Assembly: GCA_963740315.1 (NCBI GenBank)
Contig: CAVUDP010000003.1
Location: 480,001-544,000, forward strand
DNA: 64,000 bases
Source of the DNA: an uncultured cyanobacterium
GTDB taxonomy: Bacteria > Cyanobacteriota > Cyanobacteriia > Cyanobacteriales > Nostocaceae
Direction: 5' to 3'
The stretch's first letter is position 1; each line of letters opens with the position of its first letter. The notes beneath the pieces were generated by a model. The model was not told the DNA's origin. It saw nothing but the letters and a program-made list of their open reading frames with translations, and made no database searches. Shown here one piece after another: positions 43,929 to 53,821 of the stretch. The translations under genes and the position numbers were made by a program.

Positions 43929-45395
43929 ATGAGCCTCTGTATTAATCCCTTGTGTCAGAAGCCAGAAAATCCCGATAATATCCTATTCTGTTTTGGCTGC
44001 GGTTCGGAATTGCTGCTGGAAGGACATTATCGGGTAATGAAGGAACTTGGCGGTGGTGGCTTTGGCAAAACCTATGAGGTTAATGAAGCACGAAGCAATA
44101 CGAATAAGGTGCTAAAAGTGCTGATTAATAATCATCCCAAGGCTGTGGAATTGTTTCAACGGGAAGCGGAGGTTTTAAAGTCGTTGAATCATCCCGGTAT
44201 TCCCAAAGTGGAACCCGATAGCTATTTTGTTTATTTTTCCAGAAGTAGTACCCAACCGCTTCATTGTTTGATAATGGAAAAAATTGAAGGTTTGGATTTG
44301 TGGGAATATATCAGACAGCGAGAGCAACGTCCTATAAATCAAAAATTAGCCATTGAATGGTTAAGCGAGATTGTTGGTATTCTCCAACAAGTCCACAGCC
44401 AAAACTTTTTTCATCGCGATATCAAGCCATCAAATATTATGTTAAGACCAAATGGTCGTTTGGCATTGATTGATTTTGGTAGCGCACGACAAGTGACGGA
44501 AACTTATATTGCCAAGCAGGTTCAAGGACAAGTTACGGGAATTATTACTGCTGGCTATAGCCCTTCCGAACAAATGCACGGACAAGCAATTCAACAATCA
44601 GATTTTTTTGCTTTAGGACGTACTTTTGTTTTTCTACTTACCGGAAGAGAGCCGGGGGATTTTTATAATGCACAAACTGGTGAATTAAAATGGCAAGAAG
44701 CCACGCTTGATGTCAAACCAGAATTTGCATCTCTTCTCGACCAAATGATGGAAAATATTCCGAATCAAAGACCAGAAAATACTCAAGTTATTTCCCAAAA
44801 GCTAACAGAAATTAATAGTTTAAAACCAGTTAATCAACCAGTTAATCAGCCATCTGGAATTCCACCAACTATTCTTCCAGGTAATTATGGTGTTACAGAA
44901 AACTCTAATTATGCAAGTCTTATTAGAAGATTTTTTGCTTATCAACTTGATTTAATCTTTTTATTAATTATAGGTACTTTTATTACTGGAGTTTTAAGCT
45001 CTTCACTTGGTTTAAATGCTGAATTGATTGGGGAAAGTATTGCCGGAGGATGGTTCGGAACATTGGGTTGGTTTTCCGGCACTATATTTTTGTTCGCTCC
45101 CAATCTATCAGCTATAGTTAAATTTTCTATAATAATAAATTTGAGTTTAAATTGGTTTTATTTTACGATTTTAGAAAGTTCCAGATTAAAAGCGACGTTG
45201 GGGAAATTGATTTTAGGTATTAAAGTTACCGATTTAAATAATCAACAAATATCTTTTAAACAAGCTAATATTAGATATTGGAGTAAATTGATTTCTATTT
45301 TAATCTTAATGATTGGTTTTATCATGATTATGTTTACTTCAAAAAAACAAGCTTGTCACGATATGTTAGCTAAAACAACAGTTATTCATAAGTAA
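43929..45395 (+). CDS. Ser/Thr protein kinase with N-terminal 4-Cys prefix and C-terminal RDD domain
   Basis: CINPLC..FCFGCG, GGGGFG, HRDIKPSN, DFG; C-terminal RRFFAYQLD...ATLGK...HDMLAKT.V. Confidence 0.9.
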   Translation: MSLCINPLCQKPENPDNILFCFGCGSELLLEGHYRVMKELGGGGFGKTYEVNEARSNTNKVLKVLINNHPKAVELFQREAEVLKSLNHPGIPKVEPDSYFVYFSRSSTQPLHCLIMEKIEGLDLWEYIRQREQRPINQKLAIEWLSEIVGILQQVHSQNFFHRDIKPSNIMLRPNGRLALIDFGSARQVTETYIAKQVQGQVTGIITAGYSPSEQMHGQAIQQSDFFALGRTFVFLLTGREPGDFYNAQTGELKWQEATLDVKPEFASLLDQMMENIPNQRPENTQVISQKLTEINSLKPVNQPVNQPSGIPPTILPGNYGVTENSNYASLIRRFFAYQLDLIFLLIIGTFITGVLSSSLGLNAELIGESIAGGWFGTLGWFSGTIFLFAPNLSAIVKFSIIINLSLNWFYFTILESSRLKATLGKLILGIKVTDLNNQQISFKQANIRYWSKLISILILMIGFIMIMFTSKKQACHDMLAKTTVIHK

Positions 45396-45448
45396 TTATT
45401 ACGCTATGATGATTAATATCGCTTGCTTTAAACTTATTTTAATCAAGT

Positions 45449-46078
45449 ATGGTTCAAATTATCCAAGCTCAAAATATTAATCTTGCTTACCTAGAAGAAA
45501 AATTTCAATTACAAAAAGCTGAAGTTGAAGAATTTTTCCCCGAATGGTTGCAAAATTTACCTGAAATAACTGATTTAGAAAAACAATTTTTAGATAGAGT
45601 CAAAGCTAACTTTTTACATTTGGTGATGCAGCCACCATTTTTAGAAAATGCTGTGAAAATGGTAGTTTTATCCCCCTTATTGGATTTAGCAGGTTTCTAC
45701 ACAAATCCCTTTTTAGCAACTGAAAAATCTATCGAACTTGCCGTAAAAGATAATGAGGAAATTGTCAGAGGTAGAATAGATGTTTTAGTAGTTCAACAGC
45801 AATTATGGTTATTAGTAGTTGAATCTAAAAAAGCGAGTTTTTCTTTGTTAGAAGCCATACCCCAAGCACTAACTTATATGCTGAATAATCCCCATAAAGA
45901 AAAACCTGTATTTGGATTGGTTACGAATGGAGAAGATTTTCAATTTCTCAAATTACAAAAGCAGGAAAGACCCTTGTATGCTTTATCTGATAAATTTACT
46001 TTATCAAAAAGAGTAAACGAGTTATATCAAGTTTTGAGTATTTTCAAGAAACTCGGTAGCATTATCAGTGAACAGTGA
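45449..46078 (+). CDS. Stand-alone HsdR N-terminal-like PD-(D/E)xK nuclease-fold protein
   Basis: VLSPLLDLAGFY, GRIDVLV, VESK, PQALTYM, GLVTNG; family expanded in cyanobacteria. Confidence 0.8.
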   Translation: MVQIIQAQNINLAYLEEKFQLQKAEVEEFFPEWLQNLPEITDLEKQFLDRVKANFLHLVMQPPFLENAVKMVVLSPLLDLAGFYTNPFLATEKSIELAVKDNEEIVRGRIDVLVVQQQLWLLVVESKKASFSLLEAIPQALTYMLNNPHKEKPVFGLVTNGEDFQFLKLQKQERPLYALSDKFTLSKRVNELYQVLSIFKKLGSIISEQ

Positions 46079-46207
46079 ACAGTGAACAGTGAGGAGTGAG
46101 GAGTTAGGAGTTAAGAGTTAGGAACAAAAAGTTAATAATTATCTCCTTGTCCCCTTGTCTCCCTATCTCCCCATCTCCCCATCTCCCTATCTCCCCATCC
46201 CCCCATC

Positions 46208-47371
46208 ATGCAACGTCCCATCTACCTAGATTGCCACTCGACAACACCCGTTGATGAAAGAGTAGTGAATGCAATGCTACCTTACTTCACCGAACACTTT
46301 GGTAATGCTTCAAGTATCGGTCATATTTACGGTTGGGAAGCGGAAGCTGCGGTAAAAAAAACGCGAGAAACTATTGCAGCAGCTATCAATGCAAGCCCCG
46401 AAGAAATCATTTTTACGAGTGGTGCAACCGAAGCAAATAATTTAGCTATTAAAGGTGTTGCAGAAGCTTATTTTTCCCAAGGGCAGCATATTATTACCGT
46501 ACAAACAGAACATAGTGCAGTCATAGATCCTTGTAATTATTTAAAAACTCTTGGCTTTGAAATTACTTTTCTTCCCGTACAAAAAGATGGAATTATTAAT
46601 CTCAAAGACTTAGAAAAAGCCTTTCGCGACGATACTATTTTAGTTTCAGTAATGACGGCTAATAACGAAATCGGCGTTTTGCAACCGATCGCAGAAATTG
46701 GTGCAATGTGTAGGGAACGCAAAATCATTTTCCATTCAGATAGCGCTCAGGCAGTTGGTAAAATACCCTTAGACGTACAAGCGATGAATATTGACTTAAT
46801 GTCATTAACAGCACATAAAGTCTACGGTCCCAAAGGTATCGGTGCTTTATACGTGCGTCGCCGCAATCCTAGAGTAACGTTGGCTTCCCAGCTACACGGT
46901 GGCGGACAGGAACGGGGGATGCGTTCTGGCACATTATATACACCGCAAATCGTCGGATTTGGGAAAGCTGTAGAAATTGCGTTACAAAATCAAGCCACCG
47001 AAAACGAATTTCTGACTCAACTCCGACAAAGCTTATGGGAACAGATTTCTCAATTAAAAGGAATTCATCTTAACGGACATCTTAATAAAAGATTATCGGG
47101 AAATTTAAATATTAGCATTGAAGGGGTTGATGGTTCGGCATTGCTGTTAGGATTGCAGCCAGTAATGGCAGTTTCCTCTGGCTCTGCTTGTTCGTCAATA
47201 AGTACCGCACCTTCTCACGTTTTGACAGCATTAGGTCATCCAGAAAAATTAGCTTATGCTTCCGTGCGTTTTGGTATAGGAAGATTCAATACAGTTGAAG
47301 AAATCAATAAAGTTGCAGAACATTTTATTTCTACAGTTGAAAGTTTGCGAAAACAAGCTGTGATGATTTAA
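46208..47371 (+). CDS. iscS: Cysteine desulfurase, group I (IscS/NifS type)
   Basis: IYLDCHSTTP, FTSGATEANN, TAHKVYGPKG, SSGSACS. Confidence 0.93.
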   Translation: MQRPIYLDCHSTTPVDERVVNAMLPYFTEHFGNASSIGHIYGWEAEAAVKKTRETIAAAINASPEEIIFTSGATEANNLAIKGVAEAYFSQGQHIITVQTEHSAVIDPCNYLKTLGFEITFLPVQKDGIINLKDLEKAFRDDTILVSVMTANNEIGVLQPIAEIGAMCRERKIIFHSDSAQAVGKIPLDVQAMNIDLMSLTAHKVYGPKGIGALYVRRRNPRVTLASQLHGGGQERGMRSGTLYTPQIVGFGKAVEIALQNQATENEFLTQLRQSLWEQISQLKGIHLNGHLNKRLSGNLNISIEGVDGSALLLGLQPVMAVSSGSACSSISTAPSHVLTALGHPEKLAYASVRFGIGRFNTVEEINKVAEHFISTVESLRKQAVMI

Positions 47372-47395
47372 ATATTTAAAGTAAATACAAATTTG

Positions 47396-47450
47396 GTTTG
47401 TAGTAAGGACTTTAGTCCTAAAAAAAAGGGCTTAAGCCCTTACTACGAAC
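47396..47450. repeat. GTAGTAAG-type REP doublet between convergent genes
   Basis: GTAGTAAGGACTTTAGTCCT-A-run-AGGGCTTAAGCCCTTACTAC; related copies at 54641 and 57496-57673. Confidence 0.75.
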
Positions 47451-47546
47451 CTATTCAAAATAAATTAAATTAAATTCATTACTTAAAATATTGCCTACCA
47501 GGAGCATTTTCGGTTTTTTTGGTAACTTAAAAATATAGATAAAAAA

Positions 47547-48869
47547 TCAACCCTGACAAATCGGAATTTCAATCGCAAATTCTGTACCTTGTTGTGATGA
47601 TTCACAAGACAACTTCCCGCGATGTTTATCTACTATAGTTTGATAGCTAATAGATAAACCCAATCCCGTACCTTTTCCAACTTCTTTAGTTGTGAAAAAA
47701 GGGTCAAATATTTTGGACTGAATTGATAGTGGAATTTCCGAACCATTATTACTAATACGAATTGTAATCAAATTTTTATCAGATAATTCTGTAGAAACCC
47801 GAATTTGAGGCACAAAAGTTTTATTTTTCCTGAATTCATCTTCTAATGCTTCGATCGCATTTACCAAAATATTCAAAAACACTTGATTTAATTGTCCCGC
47901 ATAACAATCAATTTTGGGTAGTAAAGAATAATCTTTAATTACCTCAATTTCAGGATAATTCGGTTTAAACCTCAAGCGGTTGTTTAAAATAAGTAGCGTA
48001 CTATCAATACCTTCATGGATATCTACTTTTTTAAACTCAGCTTCATCAAGTCGGGAAAAATTCCGCAGTGATAGAACTATTTCTTTAATTCTTTCGGTTC
48101 CATGTTGCATTGAATCAAGCAGTTGAACAAAGTCTTGTTTAATGAAATCGAGTTCAACCGCTTCTATTTCTGCTTTTATTTCCCGTGGTGCGTTAGGATA
48201 ATTTTTTCGATAAAGTTCAATAATTCTAATTAAATCTTGAGCGTATAGAGTTGCAGGAACAATATTGCCATAAATAAAGCTAACGGGATTATTAATTTCA
48301 TGGGCTATACCTGCAACCATTTTACCCAGAGCAGACATTTTTTCGCTTTGAATTAGTTTTGACTGGGTGCCTTTAAGTTCGTAAAGAGTTTTTTCTAAAT
48401 CTTTTGCTTTTTGCCGCAATAAAGCTTCTGATTGTCGCAGGGCAATTTCTGCTACCGATTCGTCGATTTTCTTGTTGAGTAAGAGGAAATTGTTGGTTGC
48501 TAAAGAGCGATTTTTCAAACGTAAAATAATTTTAGCTTCATCAGAAGAAGGTTGAATAAGTGCGCCTTCACAACGACAACAAATTGAAGTTTGTCCATCA
48601 TCCTGATAAAAAGACAAACAACCAAAAACCATCTGCCGACTTCTCGAACAAGCTTGCAAATACTGAGTCACTTTATCTACTGGCTCGGCAACTAACTCAA
48701 AAAGCATTTTATTCTGTAGTTTGTTATTAGCTAAACCCAATATTGTGGTTACAGCCTTATTAGTAGCTAAAATTTCTCCTTCCACATCAATAAGTAACAT
48801 CGGTTCTGGCAAAACACGGGCAAGCTGAACAAACTGTTCGGGAGTTATTAAAGGTTTTTCTCTTAACAT
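47547..48869 (-). CDS. PAS-domain sensor histidine kinase (cytoplasmic, NtrB-like HisKA/HATPase)
   Basis: N-terminal PAS-like region, H-box AGIAHEINNP, N-box QVFLNILVNA, FDPFFTTK.VGKGTGLGL; no TM segment. Confidence 0.92.
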   Translation of the reverse strand: MLREKPLITPEQFVQLARVLPEPMLLIDVEGEILATNKAVTTILGLANNKLQNKMLFELVAEPVDKVTQYLQACSRSRQMVFGCLSFYQDDGQTSICCRCEGALIQPSSDEAKIILRLKNRSLATNNFLLLNKKIDESVAEIALRQSEALLRQKAKDLEKTLYELKGTQSKLIQSEKMSALGKMVAGIAHEINNPVSFIYGNIVPATLYAQDLIRIIELYRKNYPNAPREIKAEIEAVELDFIKQDFVQLLDSMQHGTERIKEIVLSLRNFSRLDEAEFKKVDIHEGIDSTLLILNNRLRFKPNYPEIEVIKDYSLLPKIDCYAGQLNQVFLNILVNAIEALEDEFRKNKTFVPQIRVSTELSDKNLITIRISNNGSEIPLSIQSKIFDPFFTTKEVGKGTGLGLSISYQTIVDKHRGKLSCESSQQGTEFAIEIPICQG

Positions 48870-49064
48870 TTCTATCTATTATTAAGTAGTTTTATTCAAA
48901 TCAAATAATCATTTCATTAAAAGTTAATTCAGTAAAAGCATAACGATTTATACTAATATTCTTATAATGCTAAATAGTCCAGCCGAGCAAAAACTTGGAT
49001 TATTTAGTACCCTTTACTAATATTTCTTCTTCCCTGTTACCTATTCTCTAATCAAAGGTATCTT

Positions 49065-49601
49065 TTATCCTTTAAAATATTCTCTTCCAGCAGCTTCTTC
49101 CGCTTCTTCAGTGTATTTTAAATAAACTACAACTCTACATCCTGAATCACCATTTGCAATAGTTTCCTGCAACTCGACTTTGGCATAACCGAGATTATCC
49201 GCAGCTATGGAACCAAAAACGTTGGAAGTCATCATGCACATTGACGGGCGATCGATAACTTTTTCACCAAAGGGACAAACACGGTTTCCAAAAACAATCT
49301 TTTCATCGCTTTGCTCAATGACATAAAAGTCGCCCTTGATGCGTTTTTTCAAGTCAACCAAAACCTCAGCAATTTGCTCGCGGGAAAGATTGGATATTTT
49401 TAAGGCTGATTTATATTCTTTATCTATTTCTCTGCCCATAGTTTGCCCTACCACGCTGATAAACCCGGAAGCTTCTTCCAAGCCAACCAAATCCTGTAAT
49501 GTGCCAGATAGTTCTCGAACTAAGGTGCCGAAAAATCCTTCACGCTCTAAAGGAACATTTAAATTATTAATTGTAGTTTCTGTAACTGTATCCTTAGTCA
49601 T
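49065..49601 (-). CDS. Methanogen output domain 1 (MetOD1)/V4R-like ligand-binding protein
   Basis: [23 protein letters not shown] segment, [31 protein letters not shown] with conserved Cys; ATG 49601. Confidence 0.75.
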   Translation of the reverse strand: MTKDTVTETTINNLNVPLEREGFFGTLVRELSGTLQDLVGLEEASGFISVVGQTMGREIDKEYKSALKISNLSREQIAEVLVDLKKRIKGDFYVIEQSDEKIVFGNRVCPFGEKVIDRPSMCMMTSNVFGSIAADNLGYAKVELQETIANGDSGCRVVVYLKYTEEAEEAAGREYFKG

Positions 49602-50673
49602 AATTACTTGTCTTCTCTTTTTTTTTAACAATAGGACTTATACAACAGGAATCACCTAATTACGTCATTGAGTGAAAGCAATGTCACCTAGCACAATTTT
49701 GGAATTCTCTCCACTAGAACGTTTCAGTAGCAATGACACATTTTTTTGTATGAGTCCTGAATCATTTAAGGTGATTTAGTTTTATATTTCCCAAAAATGT
49801 CTTAGGAATAACATTTACGATCTAAGTTTTGTAAATCTATTAAATATAAGACTAAGTAAGCGCTTAGACAAAGTTCAAAATGATTCAATCATTCCGAATT
49901 TCTCTGAACCCAAATCGGCGATCGAAAGTATGAAACACGCTCATACATCATCTGGATTAAAAGTCTATATAGGTGACTAATTAATATTTCCACAAAAATA
50001 AATAGGAAAATTACAACCTCCTTAAGATAGATTTGAATACCTATCTATTTTGATAGACACAAAATGTTCTATTTATTACTTTGGGTAGATGCTCTTGCCA
50101 ACATCTGCCAAATAGTAGATATTTTAAAGCTTTAAGCTTGTTCGGTGTTTTTATTTCACAGGTAAAAACCGATTTATGCGATAAATAAAGTCAGGGAATG
50201 AATACAATTAAGTATAAAAACGCAATATTTTTTGTTCGTTATTAATTTGTATAATTAAGAAAATATACTTAAAATATCTTCTTGCTTCATCATAAGTTTA
50301 TTTAAAATGTTTGAGATAAATTCCGAACTATCACCCTAAAATTGCTTAAATTAGTGAAAATAGCTTGCTTTTGCTCAATTTTTTTATCCGCTAATTTATT
50401 TAATTCCAGAAAAAATTAAAAACAACTTAATTAATACTTAGTATATTGAATTACTATGTTCTAAATAATACATACTTTAGGAATAATTCAATATAATTTC
50501 GGTTACAACTTTTGGTAAATTGTTAAAAAATAATCACATACTCAAAGAATTCAACTAGCGACAAAGTACTGTTAAACACCATCGTAGATAGAAGGGATAT
50601 TAGAATAGCACTTTTGTCAAAGGTATTGAGAGTTAATTTTTTCAGAAAAATAATCATTAATGAGGTAATAAAA

Positions 50674-52128
50674 ATGGCAGAAGTCCTTGCGTTGAATGAG
50701 AAAGTGTTGCAAGAAGCCGTGAAGTTGCCATCGCACAATCATAATATTGATAACTTTTGGGAACGGGAAATTAGACCGCTATTTAATTTAGAGTCATTGT
50801 TTTTTAGAGTAAAGACTCTAGACGGAAATTATGTTAATTACGTCAACTTAGATAACGGTGCAACAACCAATCCTTTTGCAGAACTCAAGCAGTATATCGA
50901 TGACAAGCTAGACTCCTACGGTAGCGTACATCGAGGTTCTGGACAAAAATCTATCATTACTACTCAAGAATACGATTCCAGTCGAGACGTTATCCGCGAT
51001 TTTGTTGGTTCTAGCCCAAATAACTATGTAATTTTCTCCAAAAACACCACCGAAGCCATTAATGGAGCAGCTACACTCTGGGCTAAAAGACCTGGTAAAA
51101 TCCTAGTTTCAGACATCGAGCATTCTTCAAACTTATTGCCTTGGGTAACTAGAGACGAAGTAGTTCAATATAGAACCCGACCAGACGGAAGCGTCGATTT
51201 AGCTGAAATCGAAAATATCCTCAAGGCACATCAACAGAAGCCAGAAGCCGAGCGGATTAAGTTGCTGACGATGACTGGTGCTTCGACAATTACAGGATAC
51301 AGACCACCGATTTATGAATTGGCAGCTTTAGCACATCGGTACGGTGTGAAAATGTTTGCTGATGTGTGTCAATTAATTCAGCACGAAAAAGTAGATATGC
51401 GTCCGGATGATGACCCAAGCCATTTAGATTTTGTGGCTTTCTCAGGACATAAAATGTATGCTCCTTATGGAACGGGGGTTTTGTTAGGGTCGAAAGAATT
51501 TTTTGATGATTGCTATCCTTACCAAATTGGCGGTGGTAACTTACCATACATCACCAGAAACTTAGAAATTAAGCGTTTTTATACCGAAAGAGCGCACGAT
51601 CCCGGTACACCTAATGCAATGGGTGCGATCGCCATTGCTAAGGCAATTCATATTATCGAAAAACTCGGACGCAAGCGAATTGCTAATTACGAGCATTCTT
51701 TGGTTGAGTACACGTTTACCAGACTGCGACAGATTCCGAGTGTCAAGGTGCATATTACGGGTGAAGACATTGCCCACGTGATTCCTTTTGATATTGACGG
51801 CTTTGATGGACGTTTAGTAGCAGAGATTTTAGCTACTGTATACGGAATTGGAGTCCGGGCAGGGGCTTTCTGTACCTATGAATATATCCGCAAGCTGAAA
51901 AATATTTCCGATGAAAGAGACTTAGAAATTGCTGCGGAAGTTGAGAGAGGAATTACCCGCAATATTCCCACCATTATTCGAGCAAGCTTCGCCGTATACA
52001 ACACCTTTGAAGATTGCGATCGCTTTTTATATGCAATTTCACAAATTGCTCGAAACAAAGCCGAACACTATTTATCCTCTTACAAACAGGATGAAGCTAC
52101 AGGTGTTTGGACGGTGGTAGAGAATTAG
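50674..52128 (+). CDS. Class V PLP aminotransferase, group II cysteine desulfurase-like (SufS/CsdA type)
   Basis: YVNLDNGATT, YGSVHRG, KNTTEAIN, EHSSNLLPW, FSGHKMYAPYG, GTPN, catalytic loop VRAGAFC; GAGGT RBS before ATG 50674. Confidence 0.9.
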   Translation: MAEVLALNEKVLQEAVKLPSHNHNIDNFWEREIRPLFNLESLFFRVKTLDGNYVNYVNLDNGATTNPFAELKQYIDDKLDSYGSVHRGSGQKSIITTQEYDSSRDVIRDFVGSSPNNYVIFSKNTTEAINGAATLWAKRPGKILVSDIEHSSNLLPWVTRDEVVQYRTRPDGSVDLAEIENILKAHQQKPEAERIKLLTMTGASTITGYRPPIYELAALAHRYGVKMFADVCQLIQHEKVDMRPDDDPSHLDFVAFSGHKMYAPYGTGVLLGSKEFFDDCYPYQIGGGNLPYITRNLEIKRFYTERAHDPGTPNAMGAIAIAKAIHIIEKLGRKRIANYEHSLVEYTFTRLRQIPSVKVHITGEDIAHVIPFDIDGFDGRLVAEILATVYGIGVRAGAFCTYEYIRKLKNISDERDLEIAAEVERGITRNIPTIIRASFAVYNTFEDCDRFLYAISQIARNKAEHYLSSYKQDEATGVWTVVEN

Positions 52129-52444
52129 GAGTAATTAAGGTCTGCATGTTAAAGGTCTGCATGTTAAAGGTCTGCATGTTAAAATTCTTTTATCTCCTTG
52201 TCCCCTTGTCCCCCCATCTCCCCAAAGGTTACTGAGCTTGTCGAAGTACTCCCCCTCTCCCCCGCTCGCCGCACGCTCCGCGTGTTCAGCGCGGCACGAC
52301 TCGTTAGAGTAACGGGTTGCGCCACTTCTCTCAACGGTCGTGTTCCTCCGCACGTTTTGGGCTTACCATCTCCCCCGAACCCCCGAACCCCATCTCCCCC
52401 TCTCTCTACTCCCTTAAAATATTAAAAACATCGAGGATAATAGC

Positions 52445-53713
52445 TTGAGTAATGACAACTTAGACCAAGATGATTATCTGCGATCGCGGGTTGATGAGTA
52501 CATCTGGCACAAAAGCCGAAATAATGGTTTATCTCGTCAGCGTTTTCTGCAAATATTAGCCAGTATCGGAGGAGCAGCCTTTGGGGGATTAGCTATACCT
52601 GCATCTGCTCGAAGTCAGCAAAGAACCATCAAAAGTAACAGCAGTAAGATAATTAAGCCATTGCCACCAGGATATATTTCTCATACCAGTGGCAGTTTGG
52701 AAATGAACTGGGAAGCGATGTATGGACGCGGTTATATAGTTCCTAATGACTGGTTTTACGTTCATAACCGCAGTAAACCCCCGGCTTTCGATCCGTCTAC
52801 TTGGCGTTTGCGAGTTGAAGGTACGGGTATTAATAAACCCTGCGAGTTTACCTACGATGAGATTGTTGGGATGCCGTCAATCTCGGTGACTAGTGCGATC
52901 GAATGTGCTGCTAACGGTCGAATTTTCTTTGAGGAAGTTTACAACAAGCCTTTTTCTGGAACCCGCTGGAGACTGGGTGCAATTGGTGTAGCTGAATGGA
53001 CGGGGGTACCGCTTGGCTTATTGTTAGAGCGGGCTGGGCTGAATAAAAATGCCGTGGATGTGCTAATTCAAGGTACAGATGTGGATTCCCTCGATTCAAA
53101 AGGAACGAAATCTAAGTACAGCTTTGTGGTACCAATTGCCAAAGCCAAAATGGATAATTCTCTGATTGTCTATGCAATGAATGGCGAACCTCTGCCCATA
53201 GATCACGGTAGCCCATGTCGGGCAATATTCCCCGGTTGGGCTGGAAACGCGAATGTTAAATGGATTGAAAAAATAGAAGTTTCTTCTACACCTATATATA
53301 GCGAATGGATTGCCAAGCAAGCATTTCTCCGAGGCTCGGATTATCCAGAGAAAGGTAAATTAATTACTTCGCAAAACGTTAAGAGCGCGTTTGAATTGGC
53401 TTGGGGAGGGAAACTCAGGGCTGGACGCTATCTGTTGCGAGGACGTTCTTGGTCTGGTAAAGGAAAAATTGTCCGGGTGGAAGTTAGTTTAGATGAGGGT
53501 AAAACTTGGCAGATGGCGCGATTGCGGGAACCTAATTTTCCCTTTGCATGGGTGCGGTGGGATGTTGATTGGAACCCAATTCCGGGGGAATATTCTTTGC
53601 AAGCTCGCGCTACAGACAACTTAGGCAACACTCAGCCTTTAAGCGTTCCTTGGAATGACAAAGGATTGCTTTATGGAGCCGTTGTCAGTCATCCGGTAAC
53701 GGTACAAGGTTAA
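52445..53713 (+). CDS. Sulfite oxidase family molybdopterin oxidoreductase (SorA/SoxC-like) with Tat-like leader
   Basis: FYVHN, ECAANGR (Mo-ligating Cys), WTGVPL, YAMNGEPLP.DHG.P.R, VKW, VEVSLD, RATD..GNTQP dimerisation domain. Confidence 0.92.
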   Translation: MSNDNLDQDDYLRSRVDEYIWHKSRNNGLSRQRFLQILASIGGAAFGGLAIPASARSQQRTIKSNSSKIIKPLPPGYISHTSGSLEMNWEAMYGRGYIVPNDWFYVHNRSKPPAFDPSTWRLRVEGTGINKPCEFTYDEIVGMPSISVTSAIECAANGRIFFEEVYNKPFSGTRWRLGAIGVAEWTGVPLGLLLERAGLNKNAVDVLIQGTDVDSLDSKGTKSKYSFVVPIAKAKMDNSLIVYAMNGEPLPIDHGSPCRAIFPGWAGNANVKWIEKIEVSSTPIYSEWIAKQAFLRGSDYPEKGKLITSQNVKSAFELAWGGKLRAGRYLLRGRSWSGKGKIVRVEVSLDEGKTWQMARLREPNFPFAWVRWDVDWNPIPGEYSLQARATDNLGNTQPLSVPWNDKGLLYGAVVSHPVTVQG

Positions 53714-53821
53714 AGGTCTGCATGTCAAAGGTTTATTTTAGCTTTATTTCGGCAGACTTTTATGAGTTCAAATTTTTACCCAATTTTTCACAGAATATTT
53801 TATTTTACAAAATACTTAATT

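Noticed and set aside
45449..46078. Type I restriction-modification system
   Set aside because: Only the small nuclease-fold domain is present; no hsdM, hsdS or helicase part.
46208..47371. iscS as dndA (phosphorothioation) or nifS
   Set aside because: No dnd/ssp or nif genes nearby.
49632..50673. SAM or other riboswitch upstream of the desulfurase
   Set aside because: The region is very AT-rich with no recognisable aptamer core by eye; a cmscan would settle it.
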